64,000 nucleotides of DNA, from positions 1,378 through 65,377 of the IMG/VR virus record IMGVR_UViG_3300044675_003084. The stretch is one strand, 5' to 3'. Shown one piece after another: positions 34,245 through 44,598 of this stretch (the stretch's first letter is position 1; each line of letters begins with the position of its first letter). The translations under genes and the position numbers were made by a program. The notes under the pieces are model-generated. The model was not told where the DNA came from, searched no databases, and saw nothing but the letters and a program-made list of their open reading frames with translations. This DNA comes from a virus. Lineage: Duplodnaviria; Heunggongvirae; Uroviricota; Caudoviricetes.

Positions 34245-34466
34245 TTATTTTAATGAATAACAAAATTGATATCCACAATCCTCATCATAATCATCCTTTT
34301 CTTCAACCGATTGACCTACTATTTCCTGTAACTTTTTCACATCAATTCTATTCCAATATCCAAATCGAAGATACACCTCATTTGAACCAAAAGCCTGGTC
34401 AATATCAAAATAACCAAACACCTCTTCAATTTTCTTTAATACATTAATATCAATTCTATTCATCAT
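34245..34466 (-). CDS. Hypothetical small acidic protein
   Basis: Complete 73-aa ORF. Confidence 0.2.
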   Translation of the reverse strand: MMNRIDINVLKKIEEVFGYFDIDQAFGSNEVYLRFGYWNRIDVKKLQEIVGQSVEEKDDYDEDCGYQFCYSLK

Positions 34467-34494
34467 AACGTTTATATTTTAAATTTTAATAATA

Positions 34495-34887
34495 TTACAA
34501 TCCTTGTTCTTTACGCAAATCGTACTCTTCCTTTTCAATCTCTGAATACTCTACCACTTTAAGGTAGGGTTGAAACTTTGTTTCGTAATAACCTCTAAGG
34601 TTAGCCATATCAATCATTGAATCAACGAATGATTTACGAACATAAGTCATATCAGATGAACCAAACCCCTGGTCTTCCGGCCAATCTTGATAATCTTCAG
34701 CCACATCATTTAGGGCTTCATACACTGCATCGGAGTAAGTAATTACTCTTTTAGTAAAACGACCCTCAACAGGGAAAGCGTTTCTAACTACATCGAACCC
34801 TTCGATTAAGGAGGCGGTAGCGAGAACGGAATTAAGGTTAAATGGTAGGCTCATAATTTTATATTTTAAAGGTTTATTATCTCTCAA
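34495..34887 (-). CDS. Hypothetical protein
   Basis: Complete 130-aa ORF. Confidence 0.3.
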   Translation of the reverse strand: MRDNKPLKYKIMSLPFNLNSVLATASLIEGFDVVRNAFPVEGRFTKRVITYSDAVYEALNDVAEDYQDWPEDQGFGSSDMTYVRKSFVDSMIDMANLRGYYETKFQPYLKVVEYSEIEKEEYDLRKEQGL

Positions 34888-34963
34888 TCTTATACAGCTA
34901 AACTACACATTATTTTCCACATTTCCAAATATTTTACCGCTTATTTTTCATTTATTTTTAGAC

Positions 34964-34995
34964 AAAAAATAACCCATTGAAAATCAACGGGTTAT
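34964..34995 (-). terminator. Intrinsic terminator-like hairpin plus T-run (minus-strand transcript) downstream of the PhyH-like gene
   Basis: taacccattg-aaaat-caacgggtta stem (9 bp, 1 mismatch), flanked by caaaaaa on plus, which is a U-run on the minus-strand transcript. Confidence 0.4.
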
Positions 34996-35016
34996 TAAGT
35001 ATTCAGTATCAATGGG

Positions 35017-35793
35017 TTATTCTCCCCAATGTTTTTGTCTTAATTCGTACATATCGATAGCCTCTCTTTTCATCTGATTTCCGGTATGAAAATATGCACC
35101 TTCTTTAAGATACCCACCTAAGAAATTTCTTCTCATTCTCGTGGTATCTCCGTTTGGTTCACTACCATGTACTACGTGTGAGTGTAAAAGGGCAACTTGT
35201 CCTTTTTTAAGATATCCCTCAACCTTACGGAAATCGTGGCCTTCTGGCATTACACAACTCTTACCTCTTTCACTTCTCCAGTTATCAGTATTTGTTGCTT
35301 TTCTCTCTTCGTTATCTTCAATTGGTAATGTAGGTAATCGGTGAGAACCTTCGTAGTTCCATACTGCCCCATTTTCAGGGTCGTGATTATCCAAAGCCAA
35401 CGCAGTATTGATAATTTCATTATGACCACAACCAGTATAGAATGCGTTTTGATGCATATCTCTACCCAATTCACCTTTTGGTTTGTAATAACCCCAAGTT
35501 TGTAAACCCACTACACTCCCTTCCATTAGGAATTCTGCTGCTTCCATAATTTTTGGATGTGAAAATAATTTAGCAATTTTTTCTGAATCTCTATGTGGAT
35601 ACATAATAGGTTCAAACTCTTGCCATTTTCCTGGTTCTCTTTCATTACGTTCTACACGTAAACGGTCTAATTCTTCGTTGATTTCATCTACTTCAGTTTC
35701 AGTTAATAATTCCAAAACTGTGAAGCCTCGGTATCTCCAATCAAATGACATTTGTTGAAGTTCTTCCGTTGTAAGGTGTTTGTATTTTTGCAT
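35017..35793 (-). CDS. Phytanoyl-CoA dioxygenase (PhyH)-like 2OG-Fe(II) oxygenase
   Basis: C-terminal 'LLHSHVVHGSEPNGDTTRMRR' matches the PhyH 'HGSxxNxSxxxR' signature. A candidate upstream metal-binding motif is near 'DMHQN'/'GHNE'. A TATAAATAT box lies upstream and a terminator downstream. Confidence 0.5.
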   Translation of the reverse strand: MQKYKHLTTEELQQMSFDWRYRGFTVLELLTETEVDEINEELDRLRVERNEREPGKWQEFEPIMYPHRDSEKIAKLFSHPKIMEAAEFLMEGSVVGLQTWGYYKPKGELGRDMHQNAFYTGCGHNEIINTALALDNHDPENGAVWNYEGSHRLPTLPIEDNEERKATNTDNWRSERGKSCVMPEGHDFRKVEGYLKKGQVALLHSHVVHGSEPNGDTTRMRRNFLGGYLKEGAYFHTGNQMKREAIDMYELRQKHWGE

Positions 35794-35859
35794 AACTTTT
35801 GTGTTTTATATAAATATATATATTTTGTAAAAACGATAATTATTTTTTTATGATTTTTA

Positions 35860-36249
35860 TCATTTATAAAATTGTAATAAATTCGGTAGGTATAATTTTA
35901 ATGCAGGTATACTTTCATATACCAATTTTATTGCCCTTCTATTAGATTCACTTACACTTACATCGAATACATCACCATTTTCTCTATATTGAGTTTCCTT
36001 TGGACCAGATATTCTCCATTTTAAGGAACAACGACTGAATAAAGGATTTGTTTGAAATCTTAAATAAGTTTTTGAATCGATTTCAAATATAGGTGAATTG
36101 ATATCATTTACTTTTTTTATAAAATATCTTGTAATATACCCACGAGTATAATCTATTTTAGATGGCGTAGGAATATGGGTATCAAATGAATCATTTGGTA
36201 AGGATGTTGTCGGTTTTACCAACTTATTATATGAATCTAATATACTCAT
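35860..36249 (-). CDS. Hypothetical protein, possibly a small baseplate component
   Basis: 129 aa, immediately downstream of and coupled to the 833-aa tail/baseplate gene. No diagnostic motif. Confidence 0.25.
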   Translation of the reverse strand: MSILDSYNKLVKPTTSLPNDSFDTHIPTPSKIDYTRGYITRYFIKKVNDINSPIFEIDSKTYLRFQTNPLFSRCSLKWRISGPKETQYRENGDVFDVSVSESNRRAIKLVYESIPALKLYLPNLLQFYK

Positions 36250-36251
36250 GA

Positions 36252-38753
36252 TTATTTTTCTTTACCCACTATTCTTAATTTGGTTTTAACATCGGTTGTC
36301 CATGTCATACCATCTAATGTATGGTCTACTTTTACTACTTGGAACACATTAGGTGCACCAAATTTTTCAGGTAATCCATCTATTTGAAGTTGGTCACCCA
36401 CTTTAAATCCACTAACTCCATGTACTTTAAAATCAAAATCAGCAACACCGAATGGCGGGTTTTGACTATTATTATCAGCCTTTTTTTGTAAAGTTTGAAT
36501 AGGAGTTAATCCTTTATCAACTAAAAAACATTGTCGTAATGCAGATGTATCATTCCATGCACCAACCATTAAAACACTTTCGGCCGTATTATCATTGCTA
36601 CTATTCCAATCAAACCAGGATTTTGTTATATCTAATTTTGCTTCTCTATTTTGTACTTTAGGGTATACTGCACCTGTTTTTATAAAAAATTCAAAATTAG
36701 CTATTTTTGCTTCCTTTTCTAATTCATCTGCCGATTTTCTTGCCGGAGCTGTATTTGATGTATCAGGTGGGTCTTCAGTTGTCTCCGTTTCTGCTTGTTG
36801 TATTCCTGCTAGGGCAGTTCCCACTTTATCTTCTCTTCTTGAAAAGACAGTTCCTTTCATAGGTCTCGGGTTTAATTCAGGACTATGGTCGTATGTTTTT
36901 CCTTTATCATCTTTTAATTTATTATTTACAACGGATGACATCATTGCTGCAGGAACTTCTACTGAAAAATCACAACTAATAAATGGTGATTTAACTCCTC
37001 TAGATTGAAATGTTGTAATACCACTATTATTTGAAATATCACCTAAAAAATTTAAATCAACTACTGCCAATTCATATTTACCAGCAGCGTTTGCTACAAT
37101 ACATTCTTGTATTTGAAATTTCCAAATTGAATTACATGCAGAGGACATACCATTTAACATTTCATAAAAAACATCTCTAATTACAAAATTTGGTTTACTT
37201 ATACATTCTACAAAAAAATTAAAGTTTATGTATAAATCTTTTAGGTATCCCCAAAATCTAGCTTTTTCTTGTATTGCTATAAATGAGGAATCTGCTGGAG
37301 ATTTTGCACTCAACCCTCTTGTATTTGGAAATGCATATGGAACTAATCTATCTTTACCAGTAGCAGGGTCTTTTCTAGAATCTGTATGTTGTAGCCACGG
37401 ATATGCTGTCAGTTCTGCTTCGGGATGTATATTAGCAAAGTTTTTAGCATCGTCTAATGCCGAAAATTCTATAAATTTAGTTATTTCAGTTTTTGCAGAA
37501 AGTGCATCTAAAAATTTAAAATTTGGAGTAGTTGGATTTGGTATAAATAATTTCGTAGGGTCAGTTGAAAACATATGTGGAAACCCACTAATGTAAGTAC
37601 TTTGGATATTGATTAATTTACTACGAGTATCATAACCAGGACACGAACTTCCCTTACGTCCTAATTGGATTGGGTATTTGTTTACAATTTCACACGCCAA
37701 TTCAAATCTAATAAATTTATGTTCTGATAATAGAGGTAATTCTTTTGGTATTTCTAAATCTTTACCACTATCTGTTTTTAATTCTGCGGATTCGGTCAGA
37801 GCATCTTTCAAAGTTTCAGCAACAACCTTATCCATATTTACAAAATTAGCAGAATCTGCCCATTTAGGTTGAGTCCATAGATTATAAACTTCAGGTGTTC
37901 TTTTTTGACCAGGAAGTTGATTAAACATTTGCATGAAAAGTGCAGCACCAATTTTATTATCACCTACCGCAGATTCAATCTCCTCCGGTTTAAAAGTTTT
38001 TCCACTTTCTTTATCATCGCTTGATGTATTATTAGCATCTCTATGAGTTTGCATATATTCAGCAACATTACCGATTGATGTTAATTTTACTTCCAATTCA
38101 TAACTTTCATTATCACCAAATGATATTCCACCACCAGTTACAATACCTAAAAATGCATCATAAGTAAAATCAGATTTAATTCTCTTATCTTTTATTGTAG
38201 ACCATTGGTCATATGCAACCAACTCACAAAAATCTACTTTATTACCACTTCCTACTTTTTGTGCATTTGATTTTTGAGTATTCCATCCCCATTCACATAA
38301 GCAATGAAATCCTGGTTCTAAAAAATAACCTGCCAATATATCACCCTGTTCTTTTGTAAATGCACGAATTTTAATAGTTGCTAATCGACTACCACCTTCG
38401 GCTTTTTCATCCATAGTCATAGATGTTATAATCGGTGCTGGTCTTAATGCTCTACTTTTACCAGATGGTATCCATATTTCATCTCCATTAAAATTTCTAC
38501 CCACTGCACCTGGTCCGATATAACTGCCTCCATTTGAACCATATACCGATTGAAAATCAGTTGCGTTTGGATTTATTGATTCTAATATACATCCATTAGG
38601 GGATGCACCTGATAATAATCGAATCCACGTGGATAGACCACTAACACCGGGATTTACTTTTGCATTCCACGGGTTATTATTACCTGCTCTTTTTTTTAGA
38701 GTGGTTTCTAATTCGGTGTATATATTTGATAAATTTGGAAATGAACCTGGCAT
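36252..38753 (-). CDS. Large tail/baseplate structural protein (833 aa)
   Basis: Position within the contractile-tail block between the tape measure and the small baseplate-like ORF. No diagnostic motif. Confidence 0.4.
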   Translation of the reverse strand: MPGSFPNLSNIYTELETTLKKRAGNNNPWNAKVNPGVSGLSTWIRLLSGASPNGCILESINPNATDFQSVYGSNGGSYIGPGAVGRNFNGDEIWIPSGKSRALRPAPIITSMTMDEKAEGGSRLATIKIRAFTKEQGDILAGYFLEPGFHCLCEWGWNTQKSNAQKVGSGNKVDFCELVAYDQWSTIKDKRIKSDFTYDAFLGIVTGGGISFGDNESYELEVKLTSIGNVAEYMQTHRDANNTSSDDKESGKTFKPEEIESAVGDNKIGAALFMQMFNQLPGQKRTPEVYNLWTQPKWADSANFVNMDKVVAETLKDALTESAELKTDSGKDLEIPKELPLLSEHKFIRFELACEIVNKYPIQLGRKGSSCPGYDTRSKLINIQSTYISGFPHMFSTDPTKLFIPNPTTPNFKFLDALSAKTEITKFIEFSALDDAKNFANIHPEAELTAYPWLQHTDSRKDPATGKDRLVPYAFPNTRGLSAKSPADSSFIAIQEKARFWGYLKDLYINFNFFVECISKPNFVIRDVFYEMLNGMSSACNSIWKFQIQECIVANAAGKYELAVVDLNFLGDISNNSGITTFQSRGVKSPFISCDFSVEVPAAMMSSVVNNKLKDDKGKTYDHSPELNPRPMKGTVFSRREDKVGTALAGIQQAETETTEDPPDTSNTAPARKSADELEKEAKIANFEFFIKTGAVYPKVQNREAKLDITKSWFDWNSSNDNTAESVLMVGAWNDTSALRQCFLVDKGLTPIQTLQKKADNNSQNPPFGVADFDFKVHGVSGFKVGDQLQIDGLPEKFGAPNVFQVVKVDHTLDGMTWTTDVKTKLRIVGKEK

Positions 38754-38760
38754 AATTTAT

Positions 38761-39048
38761 TTATTTTGTAAAATTATTCGAAATTTCTAAATAATTTTCC
38801 GGTATTCTTAGTATTGTTCCATCGTTTACTGCGAATGGTGCATCGTGAATATTGTTAGCAGTTGCTATAATCCACCATAAGGATGCATCTCCGTAAAACT
38901 GATGTGCAAGTGTATCCAATCGGTCACCCGTCTGGGTCACTGCATAAATATCAGTATCTCTCAATGGTATATTTGGGTATATCTTTGTTCTGAAGACTTC
39001 CCTACCATCTTTGAGTTTTTGTATTTTATTATTTGTGTATCTTGACAT
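38761..39048 (-). CDS. Tail protein X-like LysM-domain protein
   Basis: 'GDRLDTLAHQFYGDASLWWIIATANNI' matches the LysM-like motif of P2 gpX-type tail proteins. 95 aa. Confidence 0.5.
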   Translation of the reverse strand: MSRYTNNKIQKLKDGREVFRTKIYPNIPLRDTDIYAVTQTGDRLDTLAHQFYGDASLWWIIATANNIHDAPFAVNDGTILRIPENYLEISNNFTK

Positions 39049-39093
39049 AATTTAATTTATTTTTTATCGGATAGTTTACTATATTAAGATGGG

Positions 39094-41703
39094 TTAGATT
39101 CCTTGCTCTTTAAGTGGGTTAACTCCGTTATTAACCATTCTGAACCACGTATTATATCTCATTGCTACGGCAACACCTTGTTTATTTATATAGAAACACA
39201 TATCTCTACTTGATGTTTGTCCTTTATAGGTTACAGGTGCGTAATATGCAGTTTCAGTTGCTTTTTCAATACTACCATCACTAATTTTACTACCTAATGC
39301 TATCTCATTGGCCATTCTAGCAGCTATCAAATCTGGTATACCAAGCTCATCTTTATAGTTTGTATATGCCTCTTTTCGAAGTTCTTCTGCTCTGGTTTCC
39401 GATTTTTTAATAATTGCAGCCAATAAAGCAGGGTCAATACTTTCTTTTGGTGTTTCTGCCGGTTCTCCTGTTTCTAATGATTTTGGAGTTGAATCTACCC
39501 CTAACATACCCCCACTTGTTGATTCTGTCTTCGGTGGTTCAGTTTGAGGTACACCTACACTATTAATTGGCGGTGGTGGTGTTGTTGGTTGAACTACTTG
39601 GATTGTATTTGTTTTTGTAATTACTGAAGTACCACCGGTTTTTGGTTCTTGACTTACAGTATTTGTATTACCAGATTGTTCAGCCTTTCTCTTATTAATT
39701 ACTTTAACCGCCTCTTTAGAAATTGGAGTTCCATAAAGTTTAAGTTCTGAACCAACATTTTCAACAAATTTAAATTCCATTTGGACTTCAACTATTTTTG
39801 GTAATTGATTACCATTTACAGTTTCCCATGTACCATCATCAGGGAATGTGTACGAAAGAGAGTTTATAAATGCAGTTTTTTGTTGATACATATTACCTAA
39901 TGTAAATTCAATAAATGGTGGATTTACTAAATTACTCTTATCAATAGTTGGATATGCTTTACCTGTTAAAAATTGAATTCGTTGCCACATTGTTGATAAT
40001 TCATTAGAATTCATACAATACATTTTTAATTGCAATGATAAGGTTCTTTCTACTCCACCATATGTGTAGTAACTATATGGATTACCGACAAATTTAGCAG
40101 AATCCCAAGTTGGTGAAACAGTTTCACTTAAACTTGTTATTAGGGTTCTAAAATATACTTTTTTAGAATCACTTACACCTGCTATTGAAAATGTTACCAA
40201 ATCTTTATCATCGCCATTACCAATACCACTTACTCCATACGAACTATTAATTAAATCACCATTATTACTTGTAATTCCATATTGCGTTTCTATTGTAGTA
40301 ATTTTTTGGCCTCCTGCTACTCCACTATATGTATTAGTTGGGTCATTAGGCATAACAGCACCAGTATTATTTTTTATATCTTTAAATGCATAGGGTGATG
40401 TACCAAATACACCATTTGTACCTCTTCTATCAATTCCATATACCGGTGATACTAATTTCAAATCAATACGTTCACTTACTTTTTCGTTTGTATAATCACC
40501 TAATTTTCCACTATAAGTCTTTGGAGTTGCAGTAGTTGTTTTAGTTTTTGCTTCAACTGCTTTATCTATTTCTGGTTTTGATTCAGTACCTTTTAATTTA
40601 TCTTTTACTGATGTAGCACTTTTTCCTAACTTTTCTTTAGCCTTACCAATTTCTGCAGAATCCTTTACTGCAGTATCCGTAGATTCAGCAGTTGGCATTC
40701 TTAAATTAGTTTCTGTACTATTCGATGTTATATATGAACTATATTTTTCATTATATGGTCTAGAATTATCAGCTCTTTCTTTAGCTTTTTCCTCTACAAG
40801 TTTGTCAAGTGCGGATGGGTCTGCAGTCTTTTTTAATTTTTGTTTTAGAGATGCAGTTGCATTTGCAGATGCCTCTCCTAATTTTTTCTTAGCATCAAGT
40901 TGTAATTGAGTTACTTTTTTGGTAATATCAGTTGCAGCTTTATCTACTTTACTTACTGATTTTGAATTAAATTTAACATTATCAATTTGTTTTGAATATG
41001 GTAGTTTTGAACTATATTCGTACTTATCAGTTGCACCTGCAGTATTAGTACCTAATGAGTTTGGATTACCAAATAGGGTAGTTCTTAATTTATCCTTTAC
41101 TAATGAGATACCTTGACCTATTATTTGTTTACCAATTGTTTTTGGATTACCCCCACCGGTATTCTTTAAGAATCTACCAACGATTGTACCTTTTGCATCA
41201 TTTTTTATTTTTGAAAGAGTAATCATTGTATCTGGTTCTAATCCAGCTTGTAATTCTCCTGTATTATTTACATAGGTTGGTATCACATTTTGTGGAATAC
41301 CTAAACGTGAATTTATACCATCTCTTGCTTGGTTTAAAGAAGTAACTTTACCACCAAAAACAAATTTACCAAACTTACCACCGGTAATAGCACCCAATCC
41401 TTTACCAATCAATCCACCATCCGCTGCACTTCCACCCGTTGCCTGTTTCATTTTCTCAACCGATGATGTACTACGAGTTGCTATACGAATTGCTTCGTTA
41501 CCATATATTAATGGATTATTTAATTCTACCTTAGTTTTTATACGAATACCACTAAGTTCTTGTTCTATTAAAGTTAGTTTATCTGGTTTTACACTTTTTT
41601 CTTGTGTAGAACCTGCAAATAATTCTTGCACGGGAGTTAAGTCCAATATTTTTGGAGTTATATCTTTATTCGAACCTTTAAATAATTCTAATATTGTTGG
41701 CAT
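39094..41703 (-). CDS. Large tail/baseplate protein downstream of the tape measure (869 aa)
   Basis: Gene-order position after the tape measure. Gly/Thr/Ser-rich central region and a globular C-terminal domain. Confidence 0.4.
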   Translation of the reverse strand: MPTILELFKGSNKDITPKILDLTPVQELFAGSTQEKSVKPDKLTLIEQELSGIRIKTKVELNNPLIYGNEAIRIATRSTSSVEKMKQATGGSAADGGLIGKGLGAITGGKFGKFVFGGKVTSLNQARDGINSRLGIPQNVIPTYVNNTGELQAGLEPDTMITLSKIKNDAKGTIVGRFLKNTGGGNPKTIGKQIIGQGISLVKDKLRTTLFGNPNSLGTNTAGATDKYEYSSKLPYSKQIDNVKFNSKSVSKVDKAATDITKKVTQLQLDAKKKLGEASANATASLKQKLKKTADPSALDKLVEEKAKERADNSRPYNEKYSSYITSNSTETNLRMPTAESTDTAVKDSAEIGKAKEKLGKSATSVKDKLKGTESKPEIDKAVEAKTKTTTATPKTYSGKLGDYTNEKVSERIDLKLVSPVYGIDRRGTNGVFGTSPYAFKDIKNNTGAVMPNDPTNTYSGVAGGQKITTIETQYGITSNNGDLINSSYGVSGIGNGDDKDLVTFSIAGVSDSKKVYFRTLITSLSETVSPTWDSAKFVGNPYSYYTYGGVERTLSLQLKMYCMNSNELSTMWQRIQFLTGKAYPTIDKSNLVNPPFIEFTLGNMYQQKTAFINSLSYTFPDDGTWETVNGNQLPKIVEVQMEFKFVENVGSELKLYGTPISKEAVKVINKRKAEQSGNTNTVSQEPKTGGTSVITKTNTIQVVQPTTPPPPINSVGVPQTEPPKTESTSGGMLGVDSTPKSLETGEPAETPKESIDPALLAAIIKKSETRAEELRKEAYTNYKDELGIPDLIAARMANEIALGSKISDGSIEKATETAYYAPVTYKGQTSSRDMCFYINKQGVAVAMRYNTWFRMVNNGVNPLKEQGI

Positions 41704-41705
41704 AA

Positions 41706-44264
41706 TTAAGCTCCCATTAATCCAAATCGGTTTTCACCACTTTTTTCGTTTGTTTTCACTACTGCTGATGAAACTTTTTCTTTATCCATATAGACATCTC
41801 TATTAGAATATACCGCTGAGATTAATTCATCTAATTTAGCAACAACTGCAGTGTTATCTTGTCCTCCACCCATCATACCACCCAATAATCCACCGATACC
41901 AGTTCCTAATCCCGTAGCAATTGTTTCCAATAAACTAGCAGGGTCTTTAGTTGCTAATAAAACATCTGCCGGATTTGTTCCGATTACTTTACCATCTTGA
42001 ACTACACCATCGTTAATACTTGATGTTGTTGCAGTACTACCATCTGTTACTGCAGGGTCACTTATACCTAAGAATGAACCTATTGAATTAAATGCCCCAC
42101 CAATTGCGTTAACCGCAGTCATTATTGGTTCAACTATGTATTTGTTAATTGTATCTCCTATAAAACTAATTACATCGTATATTAATCCAAATCCCTTTAC
42201 TAAGAAATTTATAAAAAATCCAATTGCTCCACCTACCAGTGAACCAAATATTTTACCAATACTACTAATAACTCCAATGATTGGTTGTGCGAATTTCATC
42301 ATTACTTCTTTGAATTCACCTATTTTTAAAAATAACGGGTCTAACGCATCAGCTGCAGCTTCAAATGGAGTAAGTAACGCATCACTTATTGCAGAACCGA
42401 TTGCTACTAATGGCATTACAATTGCAGATATAACATCATAAACTGCTTTAAGTGGTTTGAATACCATTTTAAACGCCAATCCTATAACTCTAAATATCGG
42501 TAATAGAACTGCATTTAATATTGTAAATAAATCATTTAATACTGGCATTACAAATGCTGCTATTGGTTCGAACATATCACTAAATCCAGTTTTAAGAGCA
42601 GATGAACTATTTGCAAGGTTATCCATTACTCCTTGCATTTCTTTTTGAGATGATAAACGTTTGGTTTGTAAATCTAAATCCTCTTTTGATAATGAAGTGA
42701 TATCTCTGCCGGAATCCATTAAGGACATTGCAGATGTTAATTGTTCTTCATTTAATTTACCAAATTGTTCTTTAATTTTTTGTTGACGTATTAAATCACC
42801 TATTTGCATATTACTTGCTTTATTAAGTGCTTCTTGTTCAAATTTATTTAATTTTGTTAAATCACCTAAACTTGAAACCTGATTCAACACTTCTTGTTGT
42901 GCTTCTACCGTTTTACCATTTGCTGCTAGGTATCTTGCTTGTGAAAGGTTTAAGTTTGTTCCTAATATTGCACTTGCTTCTAATTCTGAGGTAATACTGG
43001 TTTCAAAATCTAATAAACCATCTGCAACTGCACCTGCCTCTTTAATTGATGTTCCTAATTTTGCTGCTTGAACTGCTGCTTTAGCTAATTCTTTTGGTGA
43101 ACCATTAAAATAACGATATGCATATTCGGAACTCTCCGCCATATCTGCTATTACCTTTGAAGGTGCAACCCCGGCCATTTTTGCCATTTCAGCAGTTTGA
43201 CCAATTAGGGCTTGTGATTGTGCGGCTGTTAATCCACCTATATTCTGAAATACTTTATTTAATTCTGCACCTTGTTCTACCCCAACACCAAAGTTTTTAT
43301 TCAACATAACCATAGAACCCAACACTTCTCTTGAAGGTTGCTCTAGCCCGCCAAATGTTTGTGTAAACGCGGTTGCTGATTTACCTACATCTTCTGCACT
43401 TACACCTAACCCTGCAAATTCGGTTGATACTGCTTTTATATTACCTTGTAAAGTTCTAGTTTGAGAATTTAATAATCCGGTTTCCTCTCTAAAAGATTTT
43501 GCTGCTGCTTCGATTTCTTTGAATCTTTCTAATCCTACTTCGAATGCTTTGTATAATGCATATGCAATTAGTGCAACTGCTGCTACTACTGCTACAACTG
43601 ATAAGATTGCTATTCCTTGTGGTCCTAATAACCCCATTATCATATTTTTAGCAGAACCAAAACCCCTACTTAATCCAGAAGTAAATGATTCCATCATATT
43701 AGCACCTTTGTTAGTTGCTTGAGTAAATCCCGTTTTGAACTGAGTCATAAAACGTTTTTTTACTGCATCTATACTTCCTTTAGCTTTATCTGAGAATGGT
43801 GTCCAAAATCTATTGAATAGGGTTTCACCTATTATCGGTATACCTTTTATCTTTTCACCAATTGAATCTAATGATTTTACAAATTTATTTTGTAAATTAT
43901 CAGCAATTCGTTGGGTTTCATTTATTATTTTTAATCTAGCTAATTCCTTTTTTACAATCGCATCTGCTGCATCTAATTGTGCTAGATATGTTGATTTCAT
44001 TCTATCATTAACACCAAAATTTGTTTGTAAAACACCTTTTTTTTGTTCTGCTAGTTTAATTAGGGCTTCTTCGTAGGATTTTTCATCCTTTAATGAATTT
44101 AATACTTTTTTGGTTAAACTAATTTCTTCAAATATTTTTTTATTGCGCAAATCGGAAGCTTCAGCAGTTGCTTCAATAGCCCTCTTCATATCACCTATGA
44201 TAGATGAGGTATATTTGACTGCATCTTGATATTCTTTTTCTTCTGCTGTTCTATTTTTTGCCAT
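41706..44264 (-). CDS. Tail tape measure protein
   Basis: 852 aa, mostly predicted helical, with internal hydrophobic segments (LLGPQGIAILSVVAVVAAVALIAYALY; VISAIVMPLVAIGSAISDALL), a Gly-rich C-terminus, and position downstream of sheath/tube/chaperones. Confidence 0.65.
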   Translation of the reverse strand: MAKNRTAEEKEYQDAVKYTSSIIGDMKRAIEATAEASDLRNKKIFEEISLTKKVLNSLKDEKSYEEALIKLAEQKKGVLQTNFGVNDRMKSTYLAQLDAADAIVKKELARLKIINETQRIADNLQNKFVKSLDSIGEKIKGIPIIGETLFNRFWTPFSDKAKGSIDAVKKRFMTQFKTGFTQATNKGANMMESFTSGLSRGFGSAKNMIMGLLGPQGIAILSVVAVVAAVALIAYALYKAFEVGLERFKEIEAAAKSFREETGLLNSQTRTLQGNIKAVSTEFAGLGVSAEDVGKSATAFTQTFGGLEQPSREVLGSMVMLNKNFGVGVEQGAELNKVFQNIGGLTAAQSQALIGQTAEMAKMAGVAPSKVIADMAESSEYAYRYFNGSPKELAKAAVQAAKLGTSIKEAGAVADGLLDFETSITSELEASAILGTNLNLSQARYLAANGKTVEAQQEVLNQVSSLGDLTKLNKFEQEALNKASNMQIGDLIRQQKIKEQFGKLNEEQLTSAMSLMDSGRDITSLSKEDLDLQTKRLSSQKEMQGVMDNLANSSSALKTGFSDMFEPIAAFVMPVLNDLFTILNAVLLPIFRVIGLAFKMVFKPLKAVYDVISAIVMPLVAIGSAISDALLTPFEAAADALDPLFLKIGEFKEVMMKFAQPIIGVISSIGKIFGSLVGGAIGFFINFLVKGFGLIYDVISFIGDTINKYIVEPIMTAVNAIGGAFNSIGSFLGISDPAVTDGSTATTSSINDGVVQDGKVIGTNPADVLLATKDPASLLETIATGLGTGIGGLLGGMMGGGQDNTAVVAKLDELISAVYSNRDVYMDKEKVSSAVVKTNEKSGENRFGLMGA

Positions 44265-44266
44265 AA

Positions 44267-44533
44267 TTAGTAATCAAAACCTAAATATTTTCTAACTGAT
44301 TGAGGTATTGCTTTTTTAACTGCTTCTTTATCACCACCAAATCTTTTTTCAATGGTTTCACGTGCAGTTTCAATTGATTCATCTGCATCTTTTATTGCTT
44401 TAGCTATATTTTTATCACTTTTTAAATTACGACTTAATATAGATAGAAATAAATTACTGATAAATCCTTCTTTCAATTTATGTTTAGTATAAATTTCTTT
44501 AAAAAGCTGTCTATCTTCTTTTGTTAATTTCAT
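44267..44533 (-). CDS. Small helical protein upstream of the tape measure (tail assembly chaperone-like position)
   Basis: 88 aa with its own TATAAATAT box at 44545-44554. Start is adjacent to the TMP gene. Confidence 0.3.
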   Translation of the reverse strand: MKLTKEDRQLFKEIYTKHKLKEGFISNLFLSILSRNLKSDKNIAKAIKDADESIETARETIEKRFGGDKEAVKKAIPQSVRKYLGFDY

Positions 44534-44570
44534 AAAGTTCTCCTATTATACTCCTATAAATATAAGACAT

Positions 44571-44598
44571 AAAAAAAGTGAGGAATTTATTTCCTCAC
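44571..44598 (-). terminator. Intrinsic terminator downstream of the 79-aa ORF
   Basis: gtgaggaa-ttta-ttcctcac perfect 8-bp stem, preceded on plus by aaaaaaa, which is a U7 tail on the minus transcript. Confidence 0.55.

Noticed and set aside
35860-36249. gp25-like baseplate wedge/lysozyme-fold assignment for the 129-aa ORF
   Set aside because: Size and position fit, but no gp25/GPW signature could be recognised by eye, so it is left as hypothetical.
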